Of a stretch of 64,000 nt of DNA, positions 35,955 to 50,615 are shown in pieces. Numbering within the stretch: the first letter of the stretch is position 1; each line of letters begins with the position of its first letter. The notes beneath the pieces were generated by a model, which saw only the letters and a list, made by a program, of their open reading frames with translations, did no database searches and was not told the origin of the DNA. This DNA comes from Octopus sinensis (lineage: Eukaryota): contig NC_043002.1 in NCBI RefSeq assembly GCF_006345805.1, forward strand, positions 43,462,001-43,526,000. The letters run 5' to 3'. Position numbers and translations under genes: made by a program.

Positions 35955-36235
35955 TATTTTACTTATTTCACTTATTGCAAACGGCCATGCTAGGGCACCA
36001 TCTTGAGGAGGTCAGTCGAGCAAGTCGACCATAGTACTTATATAAGAGTGTATGCATGTATGTATGCATGTATACGACGAGCTTCTTTTGGTTTCTGTCT
36101 ACGAAATCTTTTCACAAAGTTTTGGCTGACCTGCAGCTATAGTAGAAGACACTGCTCCAATACACCGCGCAGCGGGACTGGACACAAACCACATCGTTAA
36201 GAAGCTAGCTTCTTAACCACACAGCTACGCTTGCG
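35955..36235 (-). mobile_element. SINE family B, internally deleted
   Basis: Reverse complement of the head and tail of 57017-57458. Confidence 0.7.
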
Positions 36236-36368
36236 AGGAAGATCTAAGAATAGGTTTCAAAGGTGGTAATCATGAACATTATATTTACCGATGGCTAAAC
36301 TTCATGATAAAATTGCAATAACAAGAAAAGGGTAAACTTAGCAAATTTAATGAATGCAAATATGAATC

Positions 36369-36595
36369 GTGGAGGTGTGCGGCTTATTGGTTAGGGTGTT
36401 GGACACATGATCGTAAGATTGTGGTTTCGATTCACAGAACGGGGGACGCGTTGTGTTCTCAAGCGAAACACTCCATTTCACGTTGCTCCAGTTCAGTCAG
36501 TTGATAAAAATGAGTAATCCTGCGACGGACCAGCGTCTCGTCCATGTGGGAAATATATACGCCATGGAAACCGGGAACCTGGCCCTATGTGGCTC
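36369..36595 (+). mobile_element. SINE family D (tRNA head + V-like core)
   Basis: gtggaggtgtgcggcttattggttagggtg..ggtttcgattc..tttcacgttgctccagttcagtcag; antisense relatives at 35450-35585 and 56720-56935. Confidence 0.8.
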
Positions 36596-36834
36596 TTTAA
36601 TTTTTTGAACACGAATCATGTAATATAAAATAATATATGTGACAGCGGTTGTGATTGCAAACAAAATGGATTCACATTCAGATATACTGATATCGGAATA
36701 TCGAAACCAAAACAAGATGGAAGTCAGTGTACTAAGCTTGAACTTTTTTTATCAGCTCTAAAGGATGATAGGCTAAATCCTGAAAAGCAGGTACTACGAT
36801 GCTTGCTGTTCACTAACAGTGAACTAAGGTAACA

Positions 36835-37090
36835 CCCCTTAATTTTCGAGCACCATCCAGAGTATTCGAGCGGTTCCAAGCAGTGCTGTTTTCTGCAAGT
36901 GCTCCACTCTTATCACAGCCTCCATTTGTTCCATATATTTCTCAAGACTTTTACACACGTTTCCCAGGGCCCATTCACTGGTAATATGCCATACAGTTTC
37001 ACTATTTTGTTCACAAGTTCTGCACTTATCATTTTCTATGTGTTGTCTATTCTGCACTTGAAATATTGGTTCTTAGTGCTTGCATAATAT
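36835..37090 (-). mobile_element. R4/Dong-like 3' fragment with a large internal deletion
   Basis: DKCRTCEQNSETVWHITSE fused directly to ALGNVCKSLEKYMEQ..VEHLQKTALLGTARILWMVLEN*. Confidence 0.8.
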
Positions 37091-37129
37091 AGTATGTAAA
37101 AATGCTACAGAACCATTATTATTGAAAAT

Positions 37130-37530
37130 AAAAAGTATAGACGTGTGTAGGATGGAAGATTGCAAAGATAAAGCTCTGTACAAGGACTGAGAATAAATGA
37201 AGCTGAAAATAGGTGGATAAAGAAAAGAATGCATGGACAACTTCATAGGGATGTTGAAGATAAGTCAGACAGAGAAAAAAGATGGTTATGGATGACTAAA
37301 AGTGATTTAAAACCGGAAGCGGAAGCTCTAATCTGTGCTGCCTAAGAGCAAGCACTAAGAACCAATTATATCAAGTACAGAATAGACAACACATCTGGAA
37401 GTGATAAGTGCAGAATTTGTGGACAAATTGTGGAAACCGTATGGCATATTACCAGTGAATGTAAGCCACTAGCGCAGAAGGAATATAAGAGACGTCATGA
37501 CAGTATAGCCAGGGTTGTTCATTGGACTAA
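37130..37530 (+). mobile_element. R4/Dong-like fragment (zinc-knuckle region)
   Basis: KRMHGQLHRDV..WLWMTKSDLKPEAEALICAA*EQALRTNYIKYRID..KCRICGQIVETVWHITSECKPLAQKEYKRRHDSIARVVHW. Confidence 0.88.
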
Positions 37531-37579
37531 TAAACTAACAGCGTAGTACATCCCCAGCGTTAGAAATTGTGCAAAGACA

Positions 37580-37641
<62 letters not shown>

Positions 37642-37645
37642 TTAA

Positions 37646-37862
37646 GGTGGTGAGCCGTCAGAATCGTTGGCACGCCGGGCGAAATGCTTAACAGAATTTC
37701 GTTTGACGCCACGTTCTGAATTTAAATTCCACCGAGGTCGTCTTTATTTTTCATCCTTTGAGGGTTGATAAATTAAGTACCAGTGGAACACTGGAGTTCG
37801 ATGCAATCGACTAGTCCCCTTCCCCCAAATTTCAGGTCTTGTGCCTATAGTAGAAATTATTA
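37646..37862 (+). mobile_element. SINE family A variant
   Basis: Family A head and core with the alternative tail aaatttcaggtcttgtgcctatagtagaa. Confidence 0.8.
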
Positions 37863-38770
37863 GTTTCCAAATATGTTATATTTTACGTATTATACTTTAC
37901 ACTATATACATTGTACATTTATACTCCCAAAATGAAAAACATTTTTCTAGTTGATAGTACTGATCATATTTGGTCTAAAGTTGTTGTTTGCTTGAAACGT
38001 TGCACTCATATCGTGTTTTGAACTATTCAACAACTATGACGAGTGAGAGACAAATAGAAAGGGAGAGAGAGAGGGTGAGAGGAGAAAGAGAAAGAGAGAG
38101 GAAGAGAGAGAATATAAGGGAGGAGAGGAGGAGGAGGAAGCGGAGGAGGAGAGAGAAGACAAAGAGAGGGACAGATGAAAGAAAAAGATACTGTGAAAAT
38201 AGTGAAAAGATAACGTGTTTGAAATATCTTCAACACAATGTCAGTACATATATACATGCATATATACGCACTTGAATCGAAATAGAATTAATTATGCTCT
38301 TGTTAATCTTTAAAGGTCAGCATAAACTAAACAACACGAAACCAGTTTAACCACAATATTTTGGCGACATCTGATTGCATGCTTGTTCGCAGTAGTCGGC
38401 AAGATAATGATTTCAGAGAAAAATAGTACAAAGAGCAGTGGCAAGTGAGAAAAGATGTCATTTGAAGCACAGTGCCGTTTACTCATGTGGTACAGTGAAT
38501 ATATAAACTGAAATTTATAATTTCTTTTCGGCCTCCACCTCTCTCTGCCACCCCCTCTCTTTGCTGCTCCCTCCCTCTCTCTCTCTCTCTCTCTCTTGCT
38601 CTCTGCAGAAACACACACATGTATTGATGTGTATATTTAGATAGATAGATACATATGTACATACAAACATATATACACGTATATATATATATGTACATAC
38701 ATACATACACACATATACATGCATACATATATACATACATACATACTACATACATACATACATACATACA

Positions 38771-38804
<34 letters not shown>

Positions 38805-38885
38805 CATATACATATGTATGTAGATATATATTTTTTTTTTAAATATAAATATATGAAAGAATGGAGTTGAACAACGAATTAACAA

Positions 38886-38988
38886 AATTCCTTTATTTTC
38901 GACATATGTTTCGAAGGCTGCATATTCCTAATTGCGAAGGAATAAGGAATATATTATGCCGCTTTCTCATCAGGAAAAGCAAGGAACT
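38886..38988 (-). ncRNA. type I hammerhead ribozyme with intact core
   Basis: Minus strand: agttccttgcttttc-CTGATGA(38973-38967)-G..C 54-nt stem II-GAAAC(38912-38908)-ATAT-GTC(38903-38901)-gaaaataaaggaatt. Confidence 0.8.
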
Positions 38989-39254
38989 TATGTCAACATC
39001 AAGATGCACAAAAAACTTTTAGATGACATGTATGTATGTATGGATGCATATACATATTCAAGAAATATTTTTAAAGTTGTTAACCTTTTTTTCTTCTTTT
39101 TTTTTGTCGTTGGACAAATGATAATATATACATTTGAAATATTGGAAAAAACGATTGGAACGTTTTAAATAAGGTTGCTCACAACGATGTTAAGAAGTTG
39201 TTCATCATAAAATGAACAGCTTATGGCTAGACTATACATACATATTCTTTTCAT

Positions 39255-39641
39255 CTTTTGCCTTTCACTTATTTCAGCCATAAGACCGGCACAATCTTGA
39301 AAAATTTAAACGATAAAATCGATCCCTGTTCTTCTTTTTAAAGTCTGGTACTTATTCTATCGTTCTCTTTTGTCATACCGTTAATTTACGAGGACATAAA
39401 AAGCTCAACACCGGTTCTCAAGCAGTGCAGAGGAGAACAAATAAAAACATAAAGATACACATACAAACTCATTCATACATATACACAGGGAAGCAAATAC
39501 ATGTTTTATTGGCGTGGGTGTGGCTGTGCAGTGAGAAATTTGCTTCTGAACCACGTGAATCCGAGTTGAGTACCTCACTGTGGGACTATATACTTCTTCT
39601 ATAGCCCCACCGACCAACATCTTGTAACTGGATTTGATTTC

Positions 39642-39697
<56 letters not shown>

Positions 39698-39699
39698 CC

Positions 39700-39758
<59 letters not shown>

Positions 39759-40010
39759 CTCTCTCTCTCTCTCTCTCTCCATCCCTCTCTCCCTCCCCCT
39801 TCTCTCTTTCTCTCTCTGAGTGTGTGTATATATATATATATATATATACACACACATATATGACGGGATTCAAGACAGTTCCCGTCTACCGAAATCGCTC
39901 ACCCCGAGCTATAGTAGAAACACTCATCCAAGGTGCAACACCATGTACTGAACCCAAAACCATGCTGTTTCCAAGTGACCTTCTAAACCAAACATGCAGG
40001 CCTACACATA
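39255..40010. mobile_element. cluster of family B SINE fragments in both orientations around (TCTA)n/(TCTG)n
   Basis: Tail (-) 39255-39480, head (+) 39510-39640, head (-) 39860-40010. Confidence 0.6.
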
Positions 40011-41656
40011 TGTATACTGACACACACACACACACACACACACACTACGCACAAACAAACGCACATGCACACACACACACACAAACACTCATTACACACA
40101 CACTCATACATATTTGATTAAATGGGGTCCATTAAGAATCTAGGCATATACATCAAAGTGAAGCACGCTACAGTTGATGGTTAGACAGAATTAGGCAAAT
40201 CAGACAATTGAGTAATGCATTATCATAATGCGACATGCATCGATGAAGGGAAATTCTCTGTTGTTTGGTAATCCGCTACTCTAATAGTATCCAAAGAAGA
40301 ATATATTCTTAAGTTTGGCATTAAAAAAAAAAACTTAACAAAGACAATGAATGAGTTATCTGGTGTTGCTAGAATTGTTTTATTAAGATTCTTTATTGTG
40401 AGGTTGCAAGAATAACATCCATAACAATATATAATCAGGTTTACCAAATGTACAAGCGAGCAGACATGATGATTACTCAACAGGTCAACAACATGTGAAT
40501 TTTCGAGTTAAAATTACCAATATTTAAGAAACACAAAATTTGACTATAAGTAGTAATGAAGAGGTGGTTATCAGAATAAGGCTGTAAATTATAGAATAGG
40601 TAAAAGGCATATTTAATCTAATGAGGTTAATAAACTTGGCGACATCGCCCATAAAAAAACAGGTACTGGCAAAACAGAATTATATACCAGCAGATACCGG
40701 ACGCCAAGCATGACATTTGACCCAATCAAAACATTTTTAATGTCAGCTGTCAAAATTCTTCTAAAAAATCTTTTTTCTGTGCTATTTTGTTTAGTACATC
40801 AAAGGGGTAACATGATCAATAAATTTGTGTTGCGTTTTCATTTCCTTAATTCCTTTTTGTTTTAAAGTGCACCAAATAATTAGTGCAGAACTAATAGAAT
40901 ATTAAGCTTTAGTTAGGAGTGATCCAATTACTTATTATTAAGAGAAAATAATATTAGACAAAACGCAGAAAATAGCGAAGATCGTCACGAAATTTCAGAG
41001 GAAAAGGAGGGAAAATGAAGGGGAGGAAAGAAAAAAAAGATAATTAATATGTAAAGATGGCAATAATCACAGTGTCAACAATTCTAACCAATGAATACAT
41101 GGATAAAAATAGAGAAAGCGGACAACGCAGTTGGCGGGAAGATAACGTTGACACAAATACATGTGTATACTAGAATAATAAAAGTTCTTCAGATAATAAA
41201 TCAGATTTAACATAAAAAATATAAAGGCTATTTGAATATCGAAAGTTAGGTCGTTTATCTAGCTGTAATGAAGTTACCAGGCGAAAGGCTAGAATAAATA
41301 AAGAAGGTAAAAACCTAGGCGATAGTCGCATTAAAACAAAGAAAAAATAAACAAAACCGGAAAACCATGAGTCCCATTTTTACTTATCAATATTGTCACA
41401 CAATATTTTGAATAATGCAAATCACTAAAAATCATGTAGGTAAAGTAGGTAGGTCGGATTAATGATAATTATGTGGAGTATTAAGAAAATGTTATAAGAA
41501 TTCGTAAAAATGAGAAAAGGAAGTATAAAGGTCATGCATGTTAAAAATTATTTATAAGAATTATAAAAAATTGTAAAGGTGTTAATCAGTTTAAAAGCAG
41601 ATTAATTAAGGTTAGTGAATTATAAATTTACGCCTGTTTTGTGTGTGTGTGTATGT

Positions 41657-41941
41657 GTTATGGTAAAGACTCCTTCGGTCACGAATGACCATAGGATTGC
41701 ACCTAGAAAGTTCCCCGCCGAGGTACAAGTCCAGGCAAAGTTGTTTGTGGAAGACCAGCAGTCGTCCATACATACCAGTCTTCCCTCTCCATGCCAACCG
41801 AACCTAGCTTTGAGTTGTGTTCTTGAGCAAGACACTTTGTTTCACTTTGCCCCAGTTCACTTATCTGTAGAAATGAATTGCAACGTCATTCGTGCCAAGC
41901 TGTATCGGCCTTTCTCTTTCCCTTCGAAAACATCGGTTGCG
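41657..41941. mobile_element. SINE family D copy with an inverted 5' part
   Basis: 3' half on minus (41657-41800), central core on plus (41801-41941); compare the collinear copy at 18695-18965. Confidence 0.8.
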
Positions 41942-42195
41942 TATGTATCTCTCTAATGTTACTAAAGCTACTGTGAAGTTTCATTGAAGACGGGCGAAAA
42001 CTTTATTACGCTCCGGGTTTTTGTTTTTCTTTCTCTGACGTATTTTCTTGTAAAGCATGCCTTGGTCATGTCATAACAATATTTAACAATTCCTATTCTT
42101 ACTTTGCTCTAAAATTTGTGTTCTCCGAGTCTTGATAGGCCACGTTTGGTTTTGTCCTTTAATTAAAATCTAACCAACACTTTATTCCTACCAAA

Positions 42196-42228
<33 letters not shown>

Positions 42229-42544
42229 CACACACACACACAGATATACACGCACAAATACATGTATGTATGCATGTATATATGTATGTATGTATTCATC
42301 TATGTATGTATTTATGTATGCATGTGTACTTGTGTGCGCTCGTGCATGTATATATATATATATATATATATACATACACACACTTGGACTTTGAAGGAAG
42401 TGTTAAGGTGTGAGCAAGAGTGTGTAGTTAAAATGTTCAGTCTCCAACTATGTCGCTCTGGGTTTGTTCCCATTGTGTGGAATTTTGAGCAATTTTCTTT
42501 CTCACGCGCTCTTCCCCTTCTCTCTTTCCTTCACTCATATATAC

Positions 42545-42575
<31 letters not shown>

Positions 42576-43219
42576 GTACATATGTATTGATATATATGTA
42601 TATATGAATGAGGGCATGTTCAAATGCCATAGTCTCACTTTGTTTAATACATTATGAGTGAATTTTAATAGACAATTTTTTTTATCTAGTGATTGCATGG
42701 ACAATTTCAGTTAGTAATGCATTATGACCTCTAAGAGGAAAAAACACTCATATTTATAATGTAAAAATTCGTTCTAGAAATTTGAAAATCTAATGCAGTT
42801 GCTTAATACATCTTTCCAAAATACTTCAGTAAAGTTACCACTTGGTAGATGTTGCCACCTGAAGAGGCACCTTCTCTTCCTGCCCACCATTGATTTTTCG
42901 GCATCCTGCACCACATCAAAGAAGGCAGACAGTATGAAGTACAACAAAAGTAAATGAAAATCGAGACCTAGAATTTAACACTGCCATGTACAACTAAGCA
43001 ATATTCCCCATCAAAAATATTTCTACAGCTCATAGCTGTCAAGGATCTTTAGCAGTGTGAAGGACCACTTTCAGTATGATAAGCGCTTGGAAAATCGACG
43101 GAGCCATCGGGCAACACTTGAAACACTATATCCATCAAAAGGAATACTCTTAATTCTAGATCAGAAAAGTTTATACATAGACAGAATAACTGGCGACACC
43201 TAACTCCGCAGAATAGTTT

Positions 43220-43220
<1 letters not shown>

Positions 43221-43315
<95 letters not shown>

Positions 43316-43318
43316 ATA

Positions 43319-43349
<31 letters not shown>

Positions 43350-43558
43350 ATCTATCTATCTATCTATCTATCTATATATCTGTCTATCTGTTTGTCTGTC
43401 TATCTATATATCCGTCTGTCTGTCTATCTATCTATCTATCTAGCTATATGTCTGTCTGTCTGTCTATCTATCTATATGTCTGTCTGTCTATCTGTTTGTC
43501 TGTCTGTCTATCTATCTGTCTGTCTGTCTGTCTGTCTATCTATATATTTGTTTGTCTG

Positions 43559-43591
<33 letters not shown>

Positions 43592-43650
43592 TTGTCTGTT
43601 TGTCTATCTATCTATTTGTCTGTCTGTCTTTCTTTCTTCCTTTCTTTCTG
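43221..43650. repeat. (TCTA)n/(TCTG)n compound tetranucleotide microsatellite
   Basis: Directly visible. Confidence 0.95.
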
Positions 43651-44096
43651 TACATACTCGCGCGCGCGCACACACACATATATCTTATGCTTTATAAAAC
43701 ATACGCGTGTTTCGCTAAATCGACTACCTGGATAACATCTTTTGTAAAAACATTACATAATCTGATTAATTTAAATATGTTGTGTTTAGCAAAGAATGCA
43801 TTGACTGGCGTCAAGGGTCAATATATATTCCCATTATGCAGCTTACCAACATCCATGGAATGGACGAGTCAGGGCACTGAGTAGCAGGAGAGAAAGAGAG
43901 GGAAGAAGGTTGTACGCACTCAACCATCTTCGTATGTATTCAAAAGAGAGAAGGAGTGGAGAGAAAAAAGGGATTACCACAGAGTAATGTAAAGAAGACA
44001 GCCTCAGTACCACCTCGAACGCATCTTCAACGATGACAATAATGATAGTGAATGCAGCAGCAGCAGCAGCAACAACAACAATAATAATAGTAATAA

Positions 44097-44312
44097 TAAT
44101 CTTTTCTACTATAGACACAAGGCCTGAAATTTGGTGGGATGGGGATAGTCGATTTCATCGACCCCAGTTCTCAACTGGTACTATTTTATCGACTCCGAAA
44201 GGATGAAAGGTAAAGTCGACTCCAGCGGAATTTGAACTCAGAACGTAAAGACGGACGAAATACTGCTAAGCATTTCGCTTGGTGTGCTAACGATTCTGCC
44301 AGCGCGCCGCCC
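44097..44312 (-). mobile_element. SINE family A variant
   Basis: Reverse complement of the 37646 and 50223 type. Confidence 0.85.
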
Positions 44313-44325
44313 TATAATAATAATA

Positions 44326-44364
<39 letters not shown>

Positions 44365-45246
44365 TGATGATGACAACGATTTTGATATGATTATGACGAT
44401 GATGATGATGATTTCAGTGTCAACCATTACAGATAACAATACTATGGAAACACCGGTAGCACACCTTAGAATGAATCATGAATGAGATAGAGTAAATATA
44501 TCTAAATCTACGACTTTAGAGGTTCTTAAACAACCTTGACCTCATCTGATCGTTAGGTCAGTAAAAGAGAGAGAGGGGAAAGTACTAGAGAGCACTTTTA
44601 TGTACAATTTATGCAGTTGTGTGCATGTATTTCTGTGTAAACATTAGTGTCTTTATGAGTGTGAGCATAAACGCAAGATGATGTACATATCTGTATAAAC
44701 ATCACGGTTTGTTTGTTTGTGTGTATATGAGTGTGTGTGAGAGAGAGAGAGAGAGAGGGAGGGAAAGAGCGTGCGTGCGTTTGTGTGTGGTGTGTATGCA
44801 TGCTTGTGCGAAAGAAAGCTATGGAGGAGCATGTAAGAGCCGAGAACAAATATTAAAAAATGTCACATAAGAAATAAACTTCATGGAATGTATCTGTTAT
44901 CATTATTGTGTCAAATGAGACTACACGTATTTCTCGATTCTCAACAATTGGTTTCTTTCGTTTTAAATTTTAAATTCTTTTATTATTTTTTATATATTTT
45001 TATTTTATGTTTGTTTATTTATTATTTTCTTTCTATTGTGCTTCACACTCTTGTTTAGCTTTGGGGCAGAGAAAACGAGAGAAGTTTCATTCTAGATTAC
45101 ATTTGTCTCTTGTAAATAACATGGGAACGTTTCAGATATTCAAGAAGATATTGTAAAAAATATGAAGCCAACAGCGCATTGTTAACATATATACACCAAC
45201 AAGCATGTATACGTTTACGGATTCATACACACTGCACATACATACA

Positions 45247-45279
<33 letters not shown>

Positions 45280-45519
45280 TCATACATATTTTTATTTATT
45301 TATCTATCTACCTATCTCTCTCTTTCTCTCTCTATATGTGTGTGTATTTGTATGTATGTATGCACACACACACACATAAATACGCATACAATTCCAACTT
45401 TTCATAATTTGTTGTTTTGATGTTTCGTTACAATTCGTCAACTGTGTCTCTGTCTGTCTGTTTGTTTATCTGGGCTTGTATACAACTTGCTCTATCACTC
45501 CCTTACCTATCTATGCACA

Positions 45520-46767
<1,248 letters not shown>

Positions 46768-47169
46768 CAGAGGGAGATAGTGAGAGAGAGAGAGGAGGAG
46801 AGAAAGAAAGACTGAGAGAAAAAGAGAGAGAGAGAGGAGAAGGGAAAAGAGAAAGAGAGAGAGAGACGGAGAGACGGAGACAAACAGGTAGACAGACAGA
46901 CAAGCAGACAGCATCAGATATTTGTGATTACAATTTTAAAGGTCCATTACTGGTAGACGACTCGATATAAAGCTACGCAACTTTGCTAAATTTTGACTTC
47001 CTTGTTTCTCTTTCAAACGTATTTATAGAATCAACCAGGCAGATTTTGATCTAACAAAGGAAATACGACGTTCCTGTAGCTCTAGACACCAACCATACGG
47101 ACTCAGAAATTGATGGTGATTTTAACATAGTTGGCCCCTTTGTGTTCAGGTTCGAGAAACTAATGGAGG

Positions 47170-47880
47170 CCTCTTGAAGGGATGTGTTACCCGAGGTGAA
47201 CAGAAAGAAACATTGTCAGCAGACTTTGTTAAGAAAACCAAGTTTGTCCAGCATGTTCAATATATCATCAATGGCAACCCTAGAAGTGTAATAACGACCG
47301 TCCCCGAGCAGTTCCAAGTAGCGAATCCCCTGCTAGATATGTGATATATCAGGACATCATGTGAAAGTCATATATAAGAAGAAAGAGAAAAGGCAATATC
47401 CAGCAAGTCCCGGAAAATAATGTGTGAACCGTTTAAAGCGTTTGTTAAACTAGCTCGTGCACCTGAGAAACACATTAGGTTCTGGTTCTTCTCTCATAGG
47501 TAAAATTTCGACAAGAACCAGAATGTATGCTGGAGGAACGAAAATTAGTTCTGCGTAGATACCACACGGTACTTACAAGGATATTCACCAAGTTTCCTTC
47601 GTCTCTGATGAATTGATGGTCATTAGTCACGAGGACCATATCATGCCAGTCCACATCTTCCTGCAGAAACTCCAAGTTAGTGCTACCGATTCCTGATATC
47701 AAAGGGTTGGATATGGTAGACAAGCTCTGGATAGAGAAAGATCCGAGAGTTAGAGCCACGGTGTTACAGCAGAAATCCTCTCCCTCACACCAGGCCTTTT
47801 CATTCCAACAATGGCCGACCGAAATTTTACACGCCCATATAACAGAAGACTTATGATCTTTGTACATTCATTATTTGAAC
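47170..47880 (-). mobile_element. decayed I-group (I/Nimb-like) LINE 3' end with RNase H tail
   Basis: W..GHCWNEKA (RNase H GNE.AD-like), EEPEP and TVH-HI pieces (CCHC-like region), terminal LLGDGRYYTSRVAIDDILNMLDKLGFLNKVC*. Confidence 0.5.
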
Positions 47881-48267
47881 CTCCTATCCTGTTTCTTCGT
47901 CAGTTAGTGATCATAGCCCTGAAATATTAAATCAACAGGTACAAATATCTACTATGAGCATCATTATTCCGTCTAAAAAAGATTTTCTTTGAAATACTTT
48001 ATCATCATTTTATTAGGAAATTAAGGTGGTGTGAATTTCCTCCGTTCACGAAATGATAATTTCAATGAAATGCCTACTTATAAATATACTTTGCTTTTAC
48101 ATTTTAAGAAGAGCGAATGACTGACTGTTTGGAATGTTCGAGAGAAGTTAACTTCAGAGAGACGGGAGGATTTTTGTTTGTTTTATACGCATTCTCATAC
48201 GCACATTCACACACGCACGCGCACGTATACACACACACACCACACACACACACACATGTACACATAC

Positions 48268-48326
<59 letters not shown>

Positions 48327-50222
48327 CATAAATACATGCACGAATGATTGTACACTCACACGTATATGAATATATGTTTACAATTATATTAAAATGTCTG
48401 TTGATGATACCAATTATCAGTATTTGTTACATTAACATGATTTAAGTTGGTCTATTAGCCACTGCAGAATTTAAAGATTTTAGAATGATTATTTTTACAA
48501 TTATTCTTTTTTTATAAATCAATAATGAAATCACTGCATCCAATTGAATGATTTGTCACTTGTGCATTGCAATTACTTAGACACATCTTCATTCTAAAGT
48601 TATTTCAGATTGAGTTGGAAACTGCAATAAATTAACAAATGTAGCATAGTAGAGCCTGCAGGGAAACCAATACACGCTGTGCTTTAATTAGGTACATCAA
48701 GGCAGAAGATAAGCAAAATAATGCAACGACAGCATGATACTAAATCGCTTACATTAAATTTTAAAAATATCTGCTGTTGTTGTTCAGCCGTTCCAACCAC
48801 TGATCATTTGTTACATATGATAACTCGTGTTCGTTCTTTTATAGCTTCTTGTAGAACGGTTCTGCAGTTGCTTGAGTAATAAATTACAAGTAAAATCCTG
48901 TAGTTCTGCTGGAAAACTGTCCCAATTTGAATAGTCACTAGAAGAAAGAATATGGAGAAACTAACAGGGAAATGGGGTATCTGCATAAAAAGATGTTATA
49001 CTGCTTGCGATATGTATATTATATTTCAGTCAAGTATTGCAGAACTGGTATAATCTCTGTAGATTTCCTTCAAAGATCTAGTTTTAATTATATAGGGCAT
49101 CACTTGTAGAGATTGACTATGCATCATCTGCACATGTATGTGCAAGCTTGGGTAAAACATTTTGGAAGAATCTGACGGCTACACATGCATGTAAGCTTTC
49201 TCTCTATGACACCATGCTTGTCCAAAAGAAATGGTACGGACTGGAATCGATACAACTTCGCGCAAACATCGTCGCAGAAGTTGCAGCCAGAAAGCCCTGA
49301 ACTGAAATAGGTACCATACTGCATCTGACCGGATCTTCTAAAAGTCCCGCTAATCCACTGCCCTAGACTGGTAATCTTTTTATCGATCCCAAAAGATGAA
49401 AGCAAAGTGAGATATGAACTCAGAGCGCAGAGGGTAGAGACAAATACCACGAGGCATTCTATTCAACGCTCTGACGACTTTGCCAGTTCGTTACCATTTT
49501 CATCTTTATTGTTACGACACAAAAGGGGGATGCTAGAATCGTTATAACATCGGATAAAATGTTTTGTTGCATTTAGTTTTTAATTACCGACAGTATCGAT
49601 TAAGCCTCATTCTGAGTTTAATCAAAAGACAAACTACCAGTTAAGTCGGTGCCGTTGTAATCAGTCAAACCAATACTCTCAATTGTAATCTTATGCAACT
49701 AGACTTTATCAAACAGACTAACATTACCAATTGTCCCTTGTGTAGCTTTAGCCAAGTTCACTCTGTTCCAAGCATTCTAATTATTTCACTAGACCCAAGA
49801 CAACCTTTCTCCCTCACCCAGTCTCACATACCCTGCACTCCTTCTCCATTGAAAAGTATACCATCTTCCAAAAATACACCAACCGATTTCCAAATAAGAG
49901 TTCTGTAGTACAAAGCTAGATTACTTATGTAAAATGTAAACTGTTTTTTGGAAAACAAAACATAATTCATTTTTTCGCTGGAAATAATAGCTTAAAGGCT
50001 TTCTTGTTCAATAAAAACACATTTTAACTTTTTTTTTGTCGCTAACAATGTTGCGAAGCAAAATCCACAGCCTCTATTTCCTATGTGTTCCAGAATTTTC
50101 CATAAATATATACTGTCTAACTTGACCTCATTTAACAATCATCCGATGAGATTATTTGGAACGTATTGTCTTCTTCATAAAGTGTATCTCATGAAATATA
50201 TCTCAAGTTTCTCAATACCAAA

Positions 50223-50615
50223 AGCAGCGAGTTGGCAGAATCGTTAACGCGCCGGGCGAAATGCGTAGCGGTATTTCATCTGTCTTTATGTTCTGAGTTC
50301 AAATTTTGCCGATGTCGAATTTGCCTTTCATCCTTTCAGGGTCGATAAATTAAGTACCAGTTGCGTACTAGGGTCGATCTAATCAACTCCCACCTCGCCA
50401 CTCCCCAAAAGTTTCAGGCCTTATACCTAGAGTAGAAAAGAATCGTTAACGCGCCAGAAAAAATGCTTACGTTTGAAGCTTAAATTCTGCCCAGATCAGC
50501 TTTGCTTTTCATCCTTTCTGGGTAGATAAAACGAGTCCCAGTTGAGTAGTGGGTCGATGTAATCGACTTGCTACCTCCACTAAAATTTCTGGTCTTGTAC
50601 CAATAGTAGGAAAAA
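50223..50615 (+). mobile_element. head-to-tail SINE family A dimer
   Basis: Copy 1 at 50223-50440; copy 2 restarts at aatcgttaacgcgcc (50441) and is more decayed. Confidence 0.82.
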
